NCBI GenBank assembly: GCA_002315875.1
Contig: DCIL01000013.1
Location: 3,168 to 67,167 of the forward strand
Length of the DNA: 64,000 nucleotides
Reading direction: 5' to 3'
Origin: Verrucomicrobia bacterium UBA1727
Lineage (GTDB): Bacteria; Verrucomicrobiota; Kiritimatiellia; RFP12; UBA1067
The notes beneath the pieces are model-generated. The model saw nothing but the letters and a program-made list of their open reading frames with translations. It had not been told where the DNA came from and ran no database searches. The translations under genes were made by a program, and so were the position numbers. Position 1 is the first letter of the stretch. Each line of letters begins with the position of its first letter. Of the stretch, positions 24,801 to 34,437 are shown piece after piece.

Positions 24801-27800
24801 TTCGGATTGTTCAACTCATACCGGCCGTCCCTGACAATGACCTTGCCCGCCTTGAGGATGCTCTGATCGGCCACAACCACATTCCGCGAGCTGGCGCCGA
24901 TGGACGCTGCGTATGGGCCGCCGACCGCCGTGAGACGATTGGTGCTTACATACGGCGTATTGAGGACGAGCGTAGACCCGTAACGAACCTCGATAGCCGC
25001 ACGGAAGGCCGTAGTGATTGCATTCAGCTCGGAATTGCCCTCGTAGGAAAGTTCGACCACTTCATCACCGGTGCAAGGAGCGTCGATCGTCATTGGCGAA
25101 TATTCGCTCAAGTTGGAGCTCTTGAGTCGGAACTGCTTGAGGCAAACCTTGCCCGGCTTGGTGATCATCACGTAAGTGCCGGCATCGAGGTCGGCCCCCG
25201 AAAGCACCATCTTATCGTGACCCGCCATCAATCCCGCCGCCGGATCGACCGTCAGCACCTTATCAACGTAGGTCCAGCCGGGACCGCTCTCATTCGCGAT
25301 ATCCATGCCGTTGACGCTCACGCCCTTGGCCTTGATGACCTCGGCGAGACGATATTCATTGCCGGCGACATGAATGACGCCGCGGCCGATCGAGAACTTC
25401 TCATCGCCAAGCATTTCAGAATCGATCTTCGCCTCGCTGACGGTGATGCCGTAAAAACCGAGCGCTATGTCGGAAGTCGCGGTTGCGTCCTTCTCGAAGG
25501 TGCGGGTGGCGCCGCTTATGGCGAGGAACGACTGAGCGATCGAGGCGTTGATCTGTCCCGAACTCGCAAGCGAAGGAAGCTCAAAGCTCGAATTGGACTT
25601 GAGAACGACCGCCGACGCCGCCGTCGAATAAAGCGCATTCGTGTAGTAGGGATACAGGCGCAGTTTGGCATTCGACTCGACCGTGAAGATCGGCTGGAAG
25701 GTCTTGAGCGTCAGTTCCTTCAGATTGAGCGACGGCGAGCTATCGGACTTGACCGTGATCGTAAAGCCCTCGACACGGTTCGAGCCAGCCACATTATAGT
25801 AATTGACGGAATTGAAAGTGAGGTTCGTAGTCGTCGGATCGTATGTCCAGCCCTCGCCCGTAAGATTGCAGCAATCGACGTCATCGACCGTAACGCCGGT
25901 CTTCTCCACGACCGCATACGGCCAGAAGGTATTGCCCGTCGAGATCTGCGCAACGCCAGCGGCAAGCCAGACACTCTCAAGCTCTTCGGCGTAGTATCCG
26001 CCGTAGATCTCCACCTTGGAAGCGGCTCCCGAACCCGAGACGTTGCCGAAGGCATATTGGTTTACGGACTGACTGAAGTCCCAGTGTCCGTTATTGACCC
26101 GGATCTGACCGAAGCTCTCACGCCCGATAGTGCCCACGACGGCGCAGGACCCCTGGCCGATCATTGACGCCGCGGCGTCGGGACTGCCCTCCGCACATTC
26201 GAGGATCAGCGACTGTCCCGCGAAGGTGCGAATAGCCGGCACACCGTTGTCGGCGTTCGAATAGCCCGCTCGCAGATAGTTATTTTCGCCCTTGATACGC
26301 ACCGTGACCGTGCGACTAAGGCCATCGTCAGCGCCGATCTGAATCGGCGAATATGGATTTTCGCCGCGCGTCAGGTCGAAGCGCACATCTTTAAGAACGA
26401 TCGTCATGTTGGTAACCGCGACCACGTTGTAATCAATCGAAGTTCCAGTAAGGACATATTCCTCGTTCGCATCAATGAGATAGACGACGTTGTTCACCAT
26501 CTTCCACCTCGGCTTATCCGCACTGTTATTGCGCAACTGCACGTCTTCGCCGTTGACCATGAGTCCGGAAGGTTTGCTGACCTGGTAGATGTAAGTCGCC
26601 GGCGCCTCGGCGATCTTGATTCGCATGCAGTCCGTATGAATCGGCGGCTTCGTCTCGGGAATATCGTTGAAGTAGCCACCGGACACCGTCAGGTTAACAA
26701 AGTTCTGGCTGCCGGTGAGCGTGTAATAGCCCGAGGTAATCAAAGTCGTGCCAGGCGTGCCGCCAACGAGTCCGATCGGCGGCACGGCAGCCGCTGAGGA
26801 GATCTTCACAACGGAATGCTCGGCCTCCGTCAAATCGTCCGCAAGCGTGAGCTCCGCCCCGGTGCCCACCGAAATCGCGGGCTTGTCGGACGCGCTCGAG
26901 TCGAGCGTAACCGTGCCGTAGGTAAGGATCGAAACCTTGGAATTGGCGCCGATTTCGACGACGGAGCCGACGGACGACTTGAGGCAAAGGTTATTGTAGT
27001 AGCCGCTCTTGTCCGGCGCATACTGCTCGTAACCGAGCTGGAGATTGACCTTGTCGAGATCGTTCGAGACGATGATGCGGATGTTGCGGATGGCTTGCGG
27101 CCCCGTGATGCGGTAGGTGCCGTTCTCCTCGATGATCAGCTTGCGATCCGACATATCGGACGCATCATACCGCCAGCCGACGCCCTTGGCGGTCTCAAGC
27201 TCATAACCCTCAACCGTAATGCCGCTCGTGCCCTCCCAAAGCGCATAGAGAATCTTCTCGGTATCGAAGTCCGAATAATACGGCTGGAGCGGTCCGACCG
27301 GCTTACCCTTGGCATCGAAATACATCGTGCCGTTCTCATCGTAATAGCCAAGGAAGATCTTATTCTCGACCTTAGGCGGAGAAAGCGCTTCGACTGCCTG
27401 ACCGAGTCCCACGACATAAATGTTATAAACGGTCTTTTCCTCGTCATCATAGATCTTGAGCGATCTTGAATTGACTCCCGCGAAAATGCCGTCGCTGCTG
27501 TATTTGATATCACCATCGGCATACGTGCCGATATCGAGCTGATTCTCCTTGCGGGCGCAAATGGTGCCGGAAGCGCCTCGACTGCCTGCGCTACCGCTCT
27601 GACCGCTCGACCCGTTGGACGGATTTCCAAAAAGACCCGAATGTGCCGGCGAACACGGAGTCTGGGGCTCAATGCCGACATACTGCCCCTGACCACCGGA
27701 AGGGTTTCCTTCGCCGCCATAGCCGCCCTGCGCCAAACCATCAACATACGTCCAACCAGCAATAGTAAAGGAAGCCGAATAGCCAAAGGCTCCCGAGCCG

Positions 27801-30049
27801 CCGGCAGCACCGCCGCCGCCGCCACCAGCACCGCCACAAACACCTTGTACGACCACACCTCCAGCGCCGCCGCCACCACCACCGCCGCCGCCGTTGGAGG
27901 CAATCGCAAACCAAACGCGACTATCACTACTATACAAATAATTACAATAACTTCCTGTGCCGCTCTTCGCAATAGTTCCTCCAGCGGCCGCCTCAATCGG
28001 CGTGTCATCTATTGGCGTGGTAACTGTCGCGCTGCCGACCACGCAAAGCCGACCCATACCCAAGCCGGCGGCTCCGTCCATTCCATCATTTCCATCAATT
28101 CCACTACGTGACCAATGCTCAATCGTAGAGATAGACACTGAAATACTTTCCCCCATGCTCACCGACTCAGCACCGTCACCGCCATTGCCGCCATTGCCAC
28201 CGATTCCAGGCGCCGCGCCGCCACCACCATTACCACCACGTCCGCTCGTTGCGGTGAGGGCCGCCCTAACCTCAGATAAGGTGTCAGTAATCTTCTGAAT
28301 CGAGGAGCTGGGACTGCCACCGGCAACACCGGCCGCCGCAGAGCCACCGGCGGCGATGAGCTTACCTTTGCCCGTGACGATCAGCGTGGAATTCGTCGGC
28401 ACGTAAATGCCGGCGTAAGCACCTTTCTGACCGGACGCATTGGCGCCGCGAACCGTCAAGGTCTTGCCCTCGGGAATGTCCAGAATCACCGTCGCCATAT
28501 TCTCCACCGAAAGCGCGCTCATTCCGATACTTGAGGCATCCAGAACGAGATCATCTTCAATCGTGTAGATCGTCTTATGCTCGAGTGTCGTACCGATGTC
28601 GGACGAGGTGAGGACGCACGGAGCACCGGGAACTACTTCCCACTTCGCGTAGAGATGTATTTCGCTTTCAAAGCTCGCGAAATACGGCGCAAGCGGTCCA
28701 CAGGCCTTGCCATTGGCATCAAAATACTGCTTGCCGTCCTCACCATAATAGCCGATGAAGTTCCTTCCTTGACGCACTGGCGGCGTCCTATCGGGGACTG
28801 GCTGGCCGATGCCGACATTCACCGTAGTGAAGACGGTAGTATCGGCGTTGTCGTGAAGTTTCAGAACTCTCGAATTGACTCCACTGAAGACGCCACTCGA
28901 CTGAAAATTCACGCCCGAAGTAGAGCCGATACTAAGCTGCAAGGAGGCGCAGGCGTAGATGGGTTTGCTTCCACCATTGGCGCCGGCACCACCGCCGCCG
29001 CCACCACGACCGTGCGTGGGATTACCAAAGAACGCTTGATCAGTAGTGGGATCCTGCGGATTGGCCTTCGCAAGATCACCCTGCTTGCCGTTAGCTCCTC
29101 CAGACCCGGCAACGCCGCCATATCCGCCCATCGCCCGATGACCATCCCCAAACCACTTCCAAAGGTCGTCAGATTTACAGTGCACCGCAGCACCAACGCC
29201 GCCAGTGCCGCCGCCGCCACCACCACCGGCACCACCGCCAATTCCGCAAGCAAGCACACCGCCAGAGCCGCCGCCGCCGCCACCACCGCCACCCCAGGAA
29301 GAGGCGCCCCATGATCCCCAACTGCCCGTATAATAAAATAAAGATTGATCATATTGATAATTAGGAACGATACCTCCATCCGCCGCCGTCGGGGTAGTTT
29401 GAATAGGTGTCGTAACTTTTACCTTGTTAACTACACACACAACACCAGCAGCGGTTCCAGCAGAACCAGAACTGCCATTTAAGCCATTTACGCCGCTGGA
29501 TGATGCATACGTTCCACCGGTAAAACTATGTACTTTACTCGCGCCCGTCGCACCACTACCGCCAAGGCCACCATTACCGCCGATGCCGGCACCAGCGCCA
29601 GCGCCTCCATTACCACCATTTCCAGCATAACTAGTAATCGTCACTGGGTTTATATCTACAGAACTAAGCACATTACCCGGCAGACCGCCAGCGCTGCCGG
29701 CTGCTGCATGGCCGCCTTCGGCCTCGAGCTCGCCTTCGCCGGTAATGATCAGCGTCGAACCTGGCGGCAAGTAGATTCCGGCCTTACCAGTCGTATCCAT
29801 GCCCCAGGCATTAGCACCCTTTACGGTCAGTTTCTTTCCCGCAGGAATATCGAGAATCACTGTGGAATTCTCCGCAACGACAAGCCCATGGGAACCTCCG
29901 GACAAAGTGAGATTCGCATTGATCGTGTAGATCGTCTTGTCCGCCAAGGTCTTGCCGACGTCGGACGAGGTGAGCACAACGCGCGGGAGCGCGGCGTAGG
30001 TCACCAACGCCGCGAGGACACTCAACATTGCCAAGAGGTATTTCTTCAT
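21878..30049 (-). CDS. giant (2723 aa) secreted repeat protein with Gly-tract modules and Listeria-Bacteroides (InlB B-type) repeats
   Basis: Signal peptide MKKYLLAMLSVLAALVTYA. Two tandem N-terminal modules of about 470 aa, each ending in F[IL]GYY.E.G..YFDA.GK..GPL.PY...LYA.WE. A third such repeat (FGGWYKKADFSEPWDF...VIYAQW). Beta-helix-like middle. Start overlaps the preceding small ORF by 4 nt. Confidence 0.8.
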   Translation of the reverse strand: MKKYLLAMLSVLAALVTYAALPRVVLTSSDVGKTLADKTIYTINANLTLSGGSHGLVVAENSTVILDIPAGKKLTVKGANAWGMDTTGKAGIYLPPGSTLIITGEGELEAEGGHAAAGSAGGLPGNVLSSVDINPVTITSYAGNGGNGGAGAGAGIGGNGGLGGSGATGASKVHSFTGGTYASSSGVNGLNGSSGSAGTAAGVVCVVNKVKVTTPIQTTPTAADGGIVPNYQYDQSLFYYTGSWGSWGASSWGGGGGGGGGSGGVLACGIGGGAGGGGGGGTGGVGAAVHCKSDDLWKWFGDGHRAMGGYGGVAGSGGANGKQGDLAKANPQDPTTDQAFFGNPTHGRGGGGGGAGANGGSKPIYACASLQLSIGSTSGVNFQSSGVFSGVNSRVLKLHDNADTTVFTTVNVGIGQPVPDRTPPVRQGRNFIGYYGEDGKQYFDANGKACGPLAPYFASFESEIHLYAKWEVVPGAPCVLTSSDIGTTLEHKTIYTIEDDLVLDASSIGMSALSVENMATVILDIPEGKTLTVRGANASGQKGAYAGIYVPTNSTLIVTGKGKLIAAGGSAAAGVAGGSPSSSIQKITDTLSEVRAALTATSGRGGNGGGGAAPGIGGNGGNGGDGAESVSMGESISVSISTIEHWSRSGIDGNDGMDGAAGLGMGRLCVVGSATVTTPIDDTPIEAAAGGTIAKSGTGSYCNYLYSSDSRVWFAIASNGGGGGGGGGAGGVVVQGVCGGAGGGGGGAAGGSGAFGYSASFTIAGWTYVDGLAQGGYGGEGNPSGGQGQYVGIEPQTPCSPAHSGLFGNPSNGSSGQSGSAGSRGASGTICARKENQLDIGTYADGDIKYSSDGIFAGVNSRSLKIYDDEEKTVYNIYVVGLGQAVEALSPPKVENKIFLGYYDENGTMYFDAKGKPVGPLQPYYSDFDTEKILYALWEGTSGITVEGYELETAKGVGWRYDASDMSDRKLIIEENGTYRITGPQAIRNIRIIVSNDLDKVNLQLGYEQYAPDKSGYYNNLCLKSSVGSVVEIGANSKVSILTYGTVTLDSSASDKPAISVGTGAELTLADDLTEAEHSVVKISSAAAVPPIGLVGGTPGTTLITSGYYTLTGSQNFVNLTVSGGYFNDIPETKPPIHTDCMRIKIAEAPATYIYQVSKPSGLMVNGEDVQLRNNSADKPRWKMVNNVVYLIDANEEYVLTGTSIDYNVVAVTNMTIVLKDVRFDLTRGENPYSPIQIGADDGLSRTVTVRIKGENNYLRAGYSNADNGVPAIRTFAGQSLILECAEGSPDAAASMIGQGSCAVVGTIGRESFGQIRVNNGHWDFSQSVNQYAFGNVSGSGAASKVEIYGGYYAEELESVWLAAGVAQISTGNTFWPYAVVEKTGVTVDDVDCCNLTGEGWTYDPTTTNLTFNSVNYYNVAGSNRVEGFTITVKSDSSPSLNLKELTLKTFQPIFTVESNAKLRLYPYYTNALYSTAASAVVLKSNSSFELPSLASSGQINASIAQSFLAISGATRTFEKDATATSDIALGFYGITVSEAKIDSEMLGDEKFSIGRGVIHVAGNEYRLAEVIKAKGVSVNGMDIANESGPGWTYVDKVLTVDPAAGLMAGHDKMVLSGADLDAGTYVMITKPGKVCLKQFRLKSSNLSEYSPMTIDAPCTGDEVVELSYEGNSELNAITTAFRAAIEVRYGSTLVLNTPYVSTNRLTAVGGPYAASIGASSRNVVVADQSILKAGKVIVRDGRYELNNPKAPSETIGRGNYDVNTIESVVIEGGHFSQCPNDDYVAGGSVFGEDSADTQCPYYILPKVGVSVNGIDVVVGSGNGWSYDSAHNHLYLSSENYTYRLAGTSSVIRVQAITSQTTRPMIVELDEFCLKDSAMFEVLDYSYVEIQLREAANGSRLDKIRVNDFSKLTIMSDPENTDPTRARLSFKGYNVGVGYRATLRFESGWFDTAIESFWMDSKCVCTPTGDPVWRYSVSGGRVIVKVDDSTTRYSSLFDALEFAKESGRTSSDVMVYAVVDRVTMDKKDYTMSAGSASSVKLRMSAVTTTEANKIAFTNGYFKVGNNMTLTLEGYGLVLGHIGLSGNGRVSIPCEVDDDVNRIHFRYGDYTREELNSWLTGENREGYSFELMSNGEYWAIQALDCRVHFETHGLGEQPEDQYVRTRSFAANPGDLYADAWFFGGWYKKADFSEPWDFPTTRVVRTNTVIYAQWTLDEKYIRLTNAFDRVGTVKRSLDTKTGVYTYVATLTNSPAIPWTLPDNLGNFTVDMAGITVKGVNGSVGNIRTPGGDGTIPFRMVHVDPVAGDAPTEATFTKGVIQGGNGGNGNPPGLGAVAYTNLSTRAGAFVVAATNLSCQFVKGVDGRLATDLDDWNPNFFRVGSIGRAFHKVEVAIDPLTMTIDYLYGEEVGPKNLKFETNGVVNTIFMNYRPYETPFVLPGAPLDDTHQVRIDNSAAGAFAAVIDGLSALSGTRIDFAVNAKPTSAGARAIIDYVEAHGKAGAVEFVNLKLSVDSAVQAAAADYLTVYLPYGTNGVINVYRVASGSSEVEELELVKDVALASGECCATWGGKMMLKVKKMGDYAFVNELGRTAPLVEWADPYFIESFTNEPAVTSFMMSSPSAAKMMLSGHSAVEAAAMTPAANGELSVLETYAAGFDPSDEKVELKVELTVDEQGKPVITYEPEPRNRAIIEPVTYGKENLDDAWKPATEVPNARFFQLRLESK
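27230..30000 (-). repeat. two tandem ~470-aa coding modules at the N-terminus of the 2723-aa protein (boundaries approximate)
   Basis: Module 1 starts VVLTSSDVGKTLADKTIYTINANL...VILDIPAGKKLTVKGANA. Module 2 starts CVLTSSDIGTTLEHKTIYTIEDDL...VILDIPEGKTLTVRGANA. Each contains GCC/GGC-type poly-Gly tracts (about 29.2-29.3 kb and 27.8-27.9 kb) and ends in a Listeria-Bacteroides repeat. Confidence 0.8.
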
Positions 30050-30396
30050 TTCTGGGGCTCCATCTTATATTGGACGGACGTCTTGCGGACATCCATGCGG
30101 GAAAGAACGGCGCTGAGCCGTTCGGTTGCATTGGTAAAGGAAAGCGCCACTTCAGTCGCGACTCCGCCGCGGGACGCAAGGACGATTCGATGCTCGGGAC
30201 GCCACCCGTAGGCGCGGACGTGGCCAGTAAAGCAAACCTCCGCCTGCGCGTGGGACTGAGCATAGACACCTTGAAACGCAAAAATCGGTTGCAGGTCGCC
30301 CGCCTTCTCGTAATCGAGCGGCGCGACCGGAACCGCCCCCGGCGGTTTCGGCATCGTCATCGACGCAAAGAAAAGAACTATGGCAAAAAGATTCAT
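30046..30396 (-). CDS. small exported/anchored hypothetical protein
   Basis: 116 aa. Hydrophobic N-terminus MNLFAIVLFFASM. Translationally coupled on both sides (1-nt overlap upstream, 4-nt downstream). No recognisable domain. Confidence 0.5.
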   Translation of the reverse strand: MNLFAIVLFFASMTMPKPPGAVPVAPLDYEKAGDLQPIFAFQGVYAQSHAQAEVCFTGHVRAYGWRPEHRIVLASRGGVATEVALSFTNATERLSAVLSRMDVRKTSVQYKMEPQK

Positions 30397-31151
30397 TATT
30401 TGTCGGCTGAAAGCGCAAGGAGTCGTGTGTCTCTACTTCCCATGATGGTCATTCCACAACCGGTCGAGCCGAGACACGAATCGTCCTGCGCAAAATCCGC
30501 CCCAGACAAGTCGCCCAGCATCTTCCAGTTCTTCGACCTTATGGAACCTGGGTCCGGTAGATCGATCCAAAGACGATCCGTACGCGTCGTGTTATACTTG
30601 TGCTTGCTCTGGCGCGAAAGCCAGTAGGTCTCGGCAATGCCCATCTTTGGGCAAAGCGGATTGCTCGTCGCCTGAAGGGCACGATGACGTACATAACCCG
30701 AGTTGCCGGTAACATAGCTGGCCGCGGTCCTCGCAAGCATATATGTGCGCTGACGGGCATAGTTGCCTGTGTCACTATACTGCCATTGTCCGGCGACGAA
30801 CATCGTCCACGGCGCATCCGTCGGATTCGACGCGATCGCGCGGGAACTGCCGCCATTCGGCAGGATACGCACCGAATTGGTCTCCATGAGCGTCATCGGC
30901 TCACGCTCGGCCTTGCGGCCCGGCTTGTCGATTGCGGACATGATCACGGAGGCCGCAGTGAGGTCTTTACGACGCTGGGAATCCTTGTAGGCGACGAGGC
31001 GCGCGGCATCGAGGCCGTGCTCGGCGAGCGAAAGCTGATCGCGCGCTTTCATCGTAAACTGCCAGATGAATGAAAAGATCAGGATGGCGACCGGCAATAC
31101 GATCACCGTCTCCATCAACACGCTCCCGCGATGTGAGCTTTTCATTTCCAT
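30396..31151 (-). CDS. TadE-like pseudopilin
   Basis: 251 aa. N-terminal TadE/TadG signature HRGSVLMETVIVLPVAILIF (G-x4-E-x-hydrophobic helix). Confidence 0.65.
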   Translation of the reverse strand: MEMKSSHRGSVLMETVIVLPVAILIFSFIWQFTMKARDQLSLAEHGLDAARLVAYKDSQRRKDLTAASVIMSAIDKPGRKAEREPMTLMETNSVRILPNGGSSRAIASNPTDAPWTMFVAGQWQYSDTGNYARQRTYMLARTAASYVTGNSGYVRHRALQATSNPLCPKMGIAETYWLSRQSKHKYNTTRTDRLWIDLPDPGSIRSKNWKMLGDLSGADFAQDDSCLGSTGCGMTIMGSRDTRLLALSADK

Positions 31152-31152
31152 G

Positions 31153-33285
31153 TCAATGCCTGATCAACCTTTCGGCGTCGTCAAAGTTAAGCGTCGTCGA
31201 GCCCTCGGTAAACGGCAACGGACCATGAACGGTGCCGATACGCTCCTGAAGCTGAGGCGCTGACTTCCTCAATTCCGAAGTCATCCAATTGCAGGTCATG
31301 CCGGACACGATCGGCACGTGAGCTCTCCACCCAGGCGCGGCGGCGTCGGACACACCCAGTCCGGCGAACTTGGCCTTCTCACCCCTCATCTCCGCCCCGA
31401 AACCATAGACAGAGCTGAACGCCGCGGCAAAATCACCACTCGGATTGAGCGGAGTCTTCGCCTTATTCCAGCCATCCATACCCGAAGCGCGGAAGGACAC
31501 GAGCGTCGGCTCCCAATCGGTCGTGCACATGCTGCCTTCGGGATGCGTGGCGGTGATGGTCGGCTGCAGTTCGTAAACGCCCTTCTCGCTGCGGGGAGCG
31601 CAACGCGCCGCGGCCACCGCATAGAGGAAATTCGGCGCCTGCGATCCCTCGAAGATAGTCGCCGTCGCGCTGTCTTCAGTCGAAATATGGGTATTGAAGA
31701 TCTGATAGATGCTCAGACCGTCCATACGATTGATGAATTCGCGCAGGGAGCTGGTGATGTCGGAACCAAACGCCTGCCCCTTCGAGCCGAATACGCGCAG
31801 CGGATTCGGATTGTCCCTCGCCAGCAAGACACGGATGGATCCGCGGCGATCAAAGTAGGCGGGCGAGAGCCGGCGGCCCTTCGCGCCAATCACCTCGCCA
31901 TAAATCGGCTTGCCGCCACGGACGATGAGATTACGACCGAAATTATTATCATAGCGCTTACCGAAGATCGTAGCGAATGCAGTACCCTTTTTATATCCGC
32001 CGATATGCGCCTTGCCAATGATTTTTACCGGCTCGAGACAGATGTGAAGTCCGAAAAGCCAGAGTTGTGCATAGCGCTTCCAAAAGAAGGAATACTCACC
32101 ACTCAGATATTTGGAGCCGTCGAAGTTAAGCACACGCTGAGGTCCATCATTGGGATCGTAAAAACCGTCTTTTACTCGTTGTGGTTTCAAAAACTGTATA
32201 GTGTCCAGATATTTAGCGTCTTCCGCTTGCATCTTGACTTCTTTATAAATAGTAACGGCGATCGCCGCCAGAAGCGCGGCCGTGGTAATAAGTGGGGAAA
32301 TGATATATGCCCTTCTGATGACCGCGATGGCAAGCAGCATCTTGAGGGCCTTGGCCCAGGTCATCTTGAATTTATCCATGTCCTCGGTGGTTTGACGGCC
32401 TATCCAAGGGGGGCCATCCATCTTGCCGACAGCATCGGGAGCAAGTACAAGCCACTTATCGGCCCCGAGCCCCAGCACAACCTTCGGATCCGGATTCGCA
32501 AAGCCCGCCGCAGTGAAAAGCATTTTCTCATCTTCCTTCGTACACTTGAGCGTCGGCAGAATCTCCGCCGCCCGCGGCACCACGACCTGGGAATACCAGT
32601 TCTGCTTACTCGGAGCCATGTTGAGCTCGAGAATCTCGTTCGCCGCCTGATCGACGGCGCGGTCGTGTTCGTAGACCATGGCATCCAGCGCCATCACGCA
32701 CTTCTTCATGCGCTCGCCGCACTGTTCGATGCGCAATTTTGCAGGATTGATGTAGGAAGTCAGGTTCTGTGAGACGACCCGAACCTCATTGATTCCCACC
32801 ATTCGCTTGAGCCCGTTGTACTTCTCGTAATACGGGGTCGTTGTTTCGCCAGCCGTCCACTTGCCAACGCCCCAATGTTGATTCTCTATCTTCTTCTTAT
32901 CACAGCACGAATTGGCGTTGAATTTGCGACAGACATTGCGATCGTCATCAAGTTGCTTCGTGGCCTCGTTGGCGAGCCGCGCCATCGTGTAGTCCGCCCG
33001 GGCGCGCTCGCGCTCGACATAGGACCAGCCGAGAATCTGATTGACGAGACCGATGCGGCTGAAGTAGTCGGACTGGACGACCGCCGCGGAATAGGCCGCC
33101 GCGTCCGCGGCGTTCTGGAGCTCGGCCTTGCGCACCAGCGTCTCCTGCACCGCGTAGATGCAGACGGCGAGCACGAAAAGCGGCAGCATGAACGCGAGCG
33201 AAAGCGCAAGCACGACGCCCTGCTCGTCGTAAACGAGCGAGCGTGCACGCGCGGAGAGGACGGAGGCGAGGCCGAACTGTCTCAT
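31153..33285 (-). CDS. tadG: TadG-like large pilus-assembly/pseudopilin protein
   Basis: 710 aa. N-terminal hydrophobic helix followed by LQNAADAAAYSAAV, the characteristic TadG-family motif. Confidence 0.6.
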   Translation of the reverse strand: MRQFGLASVLSARARSLVYDEQGVVLALSLAFMLPLFVLAVCIYAVQETLVRKAELQNAADAAAYSAAVVQSDYFSRIGLVNQILGWSYVERERARADYTMARLANEATKQLDDDRNVCRKFNANSCCDKKKIENQHWGVGKWTAGETTTPYYEKYNGLKRMVGINEVRVVSQNLTSYINPAKLRIEQCGERMKKCVMALDAMVYEHDRAVDQAANEILELNMAPSKQNWYSQVVVPRAAEILPTLKCTKEDEKMLFTAAGFANPDPKVVLGLGADKWLVLAPDAVGKMDGPPWIGRQTTEDMDKFKMTWAKALKMLLAIAVIRRAYIISPLITTAALLAAIAVTIYKEVKMQAEDAKYLDTIQFLKPQRVKDGFYDPNDGPQRVLNFDGSKYLSGEYSFFWKRYAQLWLFGLHICLEPVKIIGKAHIGGYKKGTAFATIFGKRYDNNFGRNLIVRGGKPIYGEVIGAKGRRLSPAYFDRRGSIRVLLARDNPNPLRVFGSKGQAFGSDITSSLREFINRMDGLSIYQIFNTHISTEDSATATIFEGSQAPNFLYAVAAARCAPRSEKGVYELQPTITATHPEGSMCTTDWEPTLVSFRASGMDGWNKAKTPLNPSGDFAAAFSSVYGFGAEMRGEKAKFAGLGVSDAAAPGWRAHVPIVSGMTCNWMTSELRKSAPQLQERIGTVHGPLPFTEGSTTLNFDDAERLIRH

Positions 33286-33911
33286 TTGGACGCCACCTCC
33301 CCCTGAACTGTCGGCATCGCGAGGCCGGGTGAAGTCAAAATGCGAACGCTACGTCCCTTAAGCACCAGCGACGGTACGCCGTGACAATCGACCGTCATAT
33401 CACCATCGGCCGTCCTGAGCACCTGGGCAATGATCGGAACATGGAGCGGACACTTGAAGGATACTTCGCAAAAGAGGCGGCCGATCTCCTTCTTGGCATT
33501 CACCTCCTCGAGCTTGATTGAGACCTGATCTTCAATCCAGCCCGCACCCCAGATCGGAAACCATCCGTCCGGCTGCAGTGAAGACGAGCGGAAATCGTTA
33601 GCCGGCAACTTCGTCGAGCCGAGACTGAACGAGCCGTTCTTGACATTCGACTTCAGATTGTCGAGATTATAGGAATTGTAGCTCCAGGAAACGGGAGTGA
33701 GGATGCGCTGGGCCGCGGCAAGCGCCTCGGCATTGCGCGTGCCAGACTCAGTCACTTCGGCCACGCGGACCGCTACCTGAGCCGCATGCTCGACCATGAG
33801 CCGCGCGTAGGCAACAAAGATAAACTGGAAACAAGCGAGGAAGAGCATCAGCACGACCGGCACTGCGATCACGGCCTCCATCAGCATCGACCCTGGACGA
33901 AGGCGCTTCAT
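33282..33911 (-). CDS. tadE: TadE-like pseudopilin
   Basis: Start at ATG 33911 (MKRLRPGSMLMEAVIAVPVVLMLFLACFQF), in an ATGA overlap with the prepilin peptidase stop. TadE-type G-x4-E hydrophobic N-terminus. Confidence 0.65.
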   Translation of the reverse strand: MKRLRPGSMLMEAVIAVPVVLMLFLACFQFIFVAYARLMVEHAAQVAVRVAEVTESGTRNAEALAAAQRILTPVSWSYNSYNLDNLKSNVKNGSFSLGSTKLPANDFRSSSLQPDGWFPIWGAGWIEDQVSIKLEEVNAKKEIGRLFCEVSFKCPLHVPIIAQVLRTADGDMTVDCHGVPSLVLKGRSVRILTSPGLAMPTVQGEVASK

Positions 33912-34432
33912 ACGCACACCCTCCTGACCAGAACCCAGACGAGACCGACCGCTATCGCCACGCCGAACGGCACGCGACACGCCTCGGAATCGCGCGGCGG
34001 CAACGCTGCGCGCCCCGCGATGCGATCGTAACGGAAATCAAAGACACACCTGAGTAGATGCTTGAGCCGAGAAGAATCCACCCGACGCAGAATCATCATC
34101 GAAAAGGCGAGTACGAGACCAGCGACAGACACGACGAGCATCAACTCGACCGCGTAGCCGGAGCCGGCGAAGAGTCCCGCCGAAGTCATCATCTTCACGT
34201 CCCCCGGACCAGCCGCCCTCAGGAGAAACGGCAGGAGGAGAAAGAGAAAGCAGCAGAATCCCGAAAGGAGCGTTCCGCATCCATACGGGATTCCGCGGCC
34301 AAAGGCCAGAGCCACCGCAACCGCCGCGCCGCCGAGCGTCAAGACGTTCGGCAGGCGGCGAGTGCGGAGATCGTTCACCGCGAGGGCGATGGCCCACGCG
34401 CTGCCGATCATAAGCTCAAGCCAAGTCAACAC
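33908..34432 (-). CDS. tadV: A24-family prepilin peptidase (TadV/CpaA type)
   Basis: 174 aa polytopic. First catalytic Asp context AVNDLRTRRLPN, second GPGDVKMM (GxGD motif). Confidence 0.8.
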   Translation of the reverse strand: MLTWLELMIGSAWAIALAVNDLRTRRLPNVLTLGGAAVAVALAFGRGIPYGCGTLLSGFCCFLFLLLPFLLRAAGPGDVKMMTSAGLFAGSGYAVELMLVVSVAGLVLAFSMMILRRVDSSRLKHLLRCVFDFRYDRIAGRAALPPRDSEACRVPFGVAIAVGLVWVLVRRVCV

Positions 34433-34437
34433 GGCAA

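Noticed and set aside
27780-27900. GCC/GGC-rich tracts (also about 29200..29300) considered as non-coding simple repeats or G-quadruplex elements
   Set aside because: They are in frame within the 2723-aa ORF, encode the poly-Gly runs, and are mirrored in both N-terminal modules. They are reported as part of the coding modules only.
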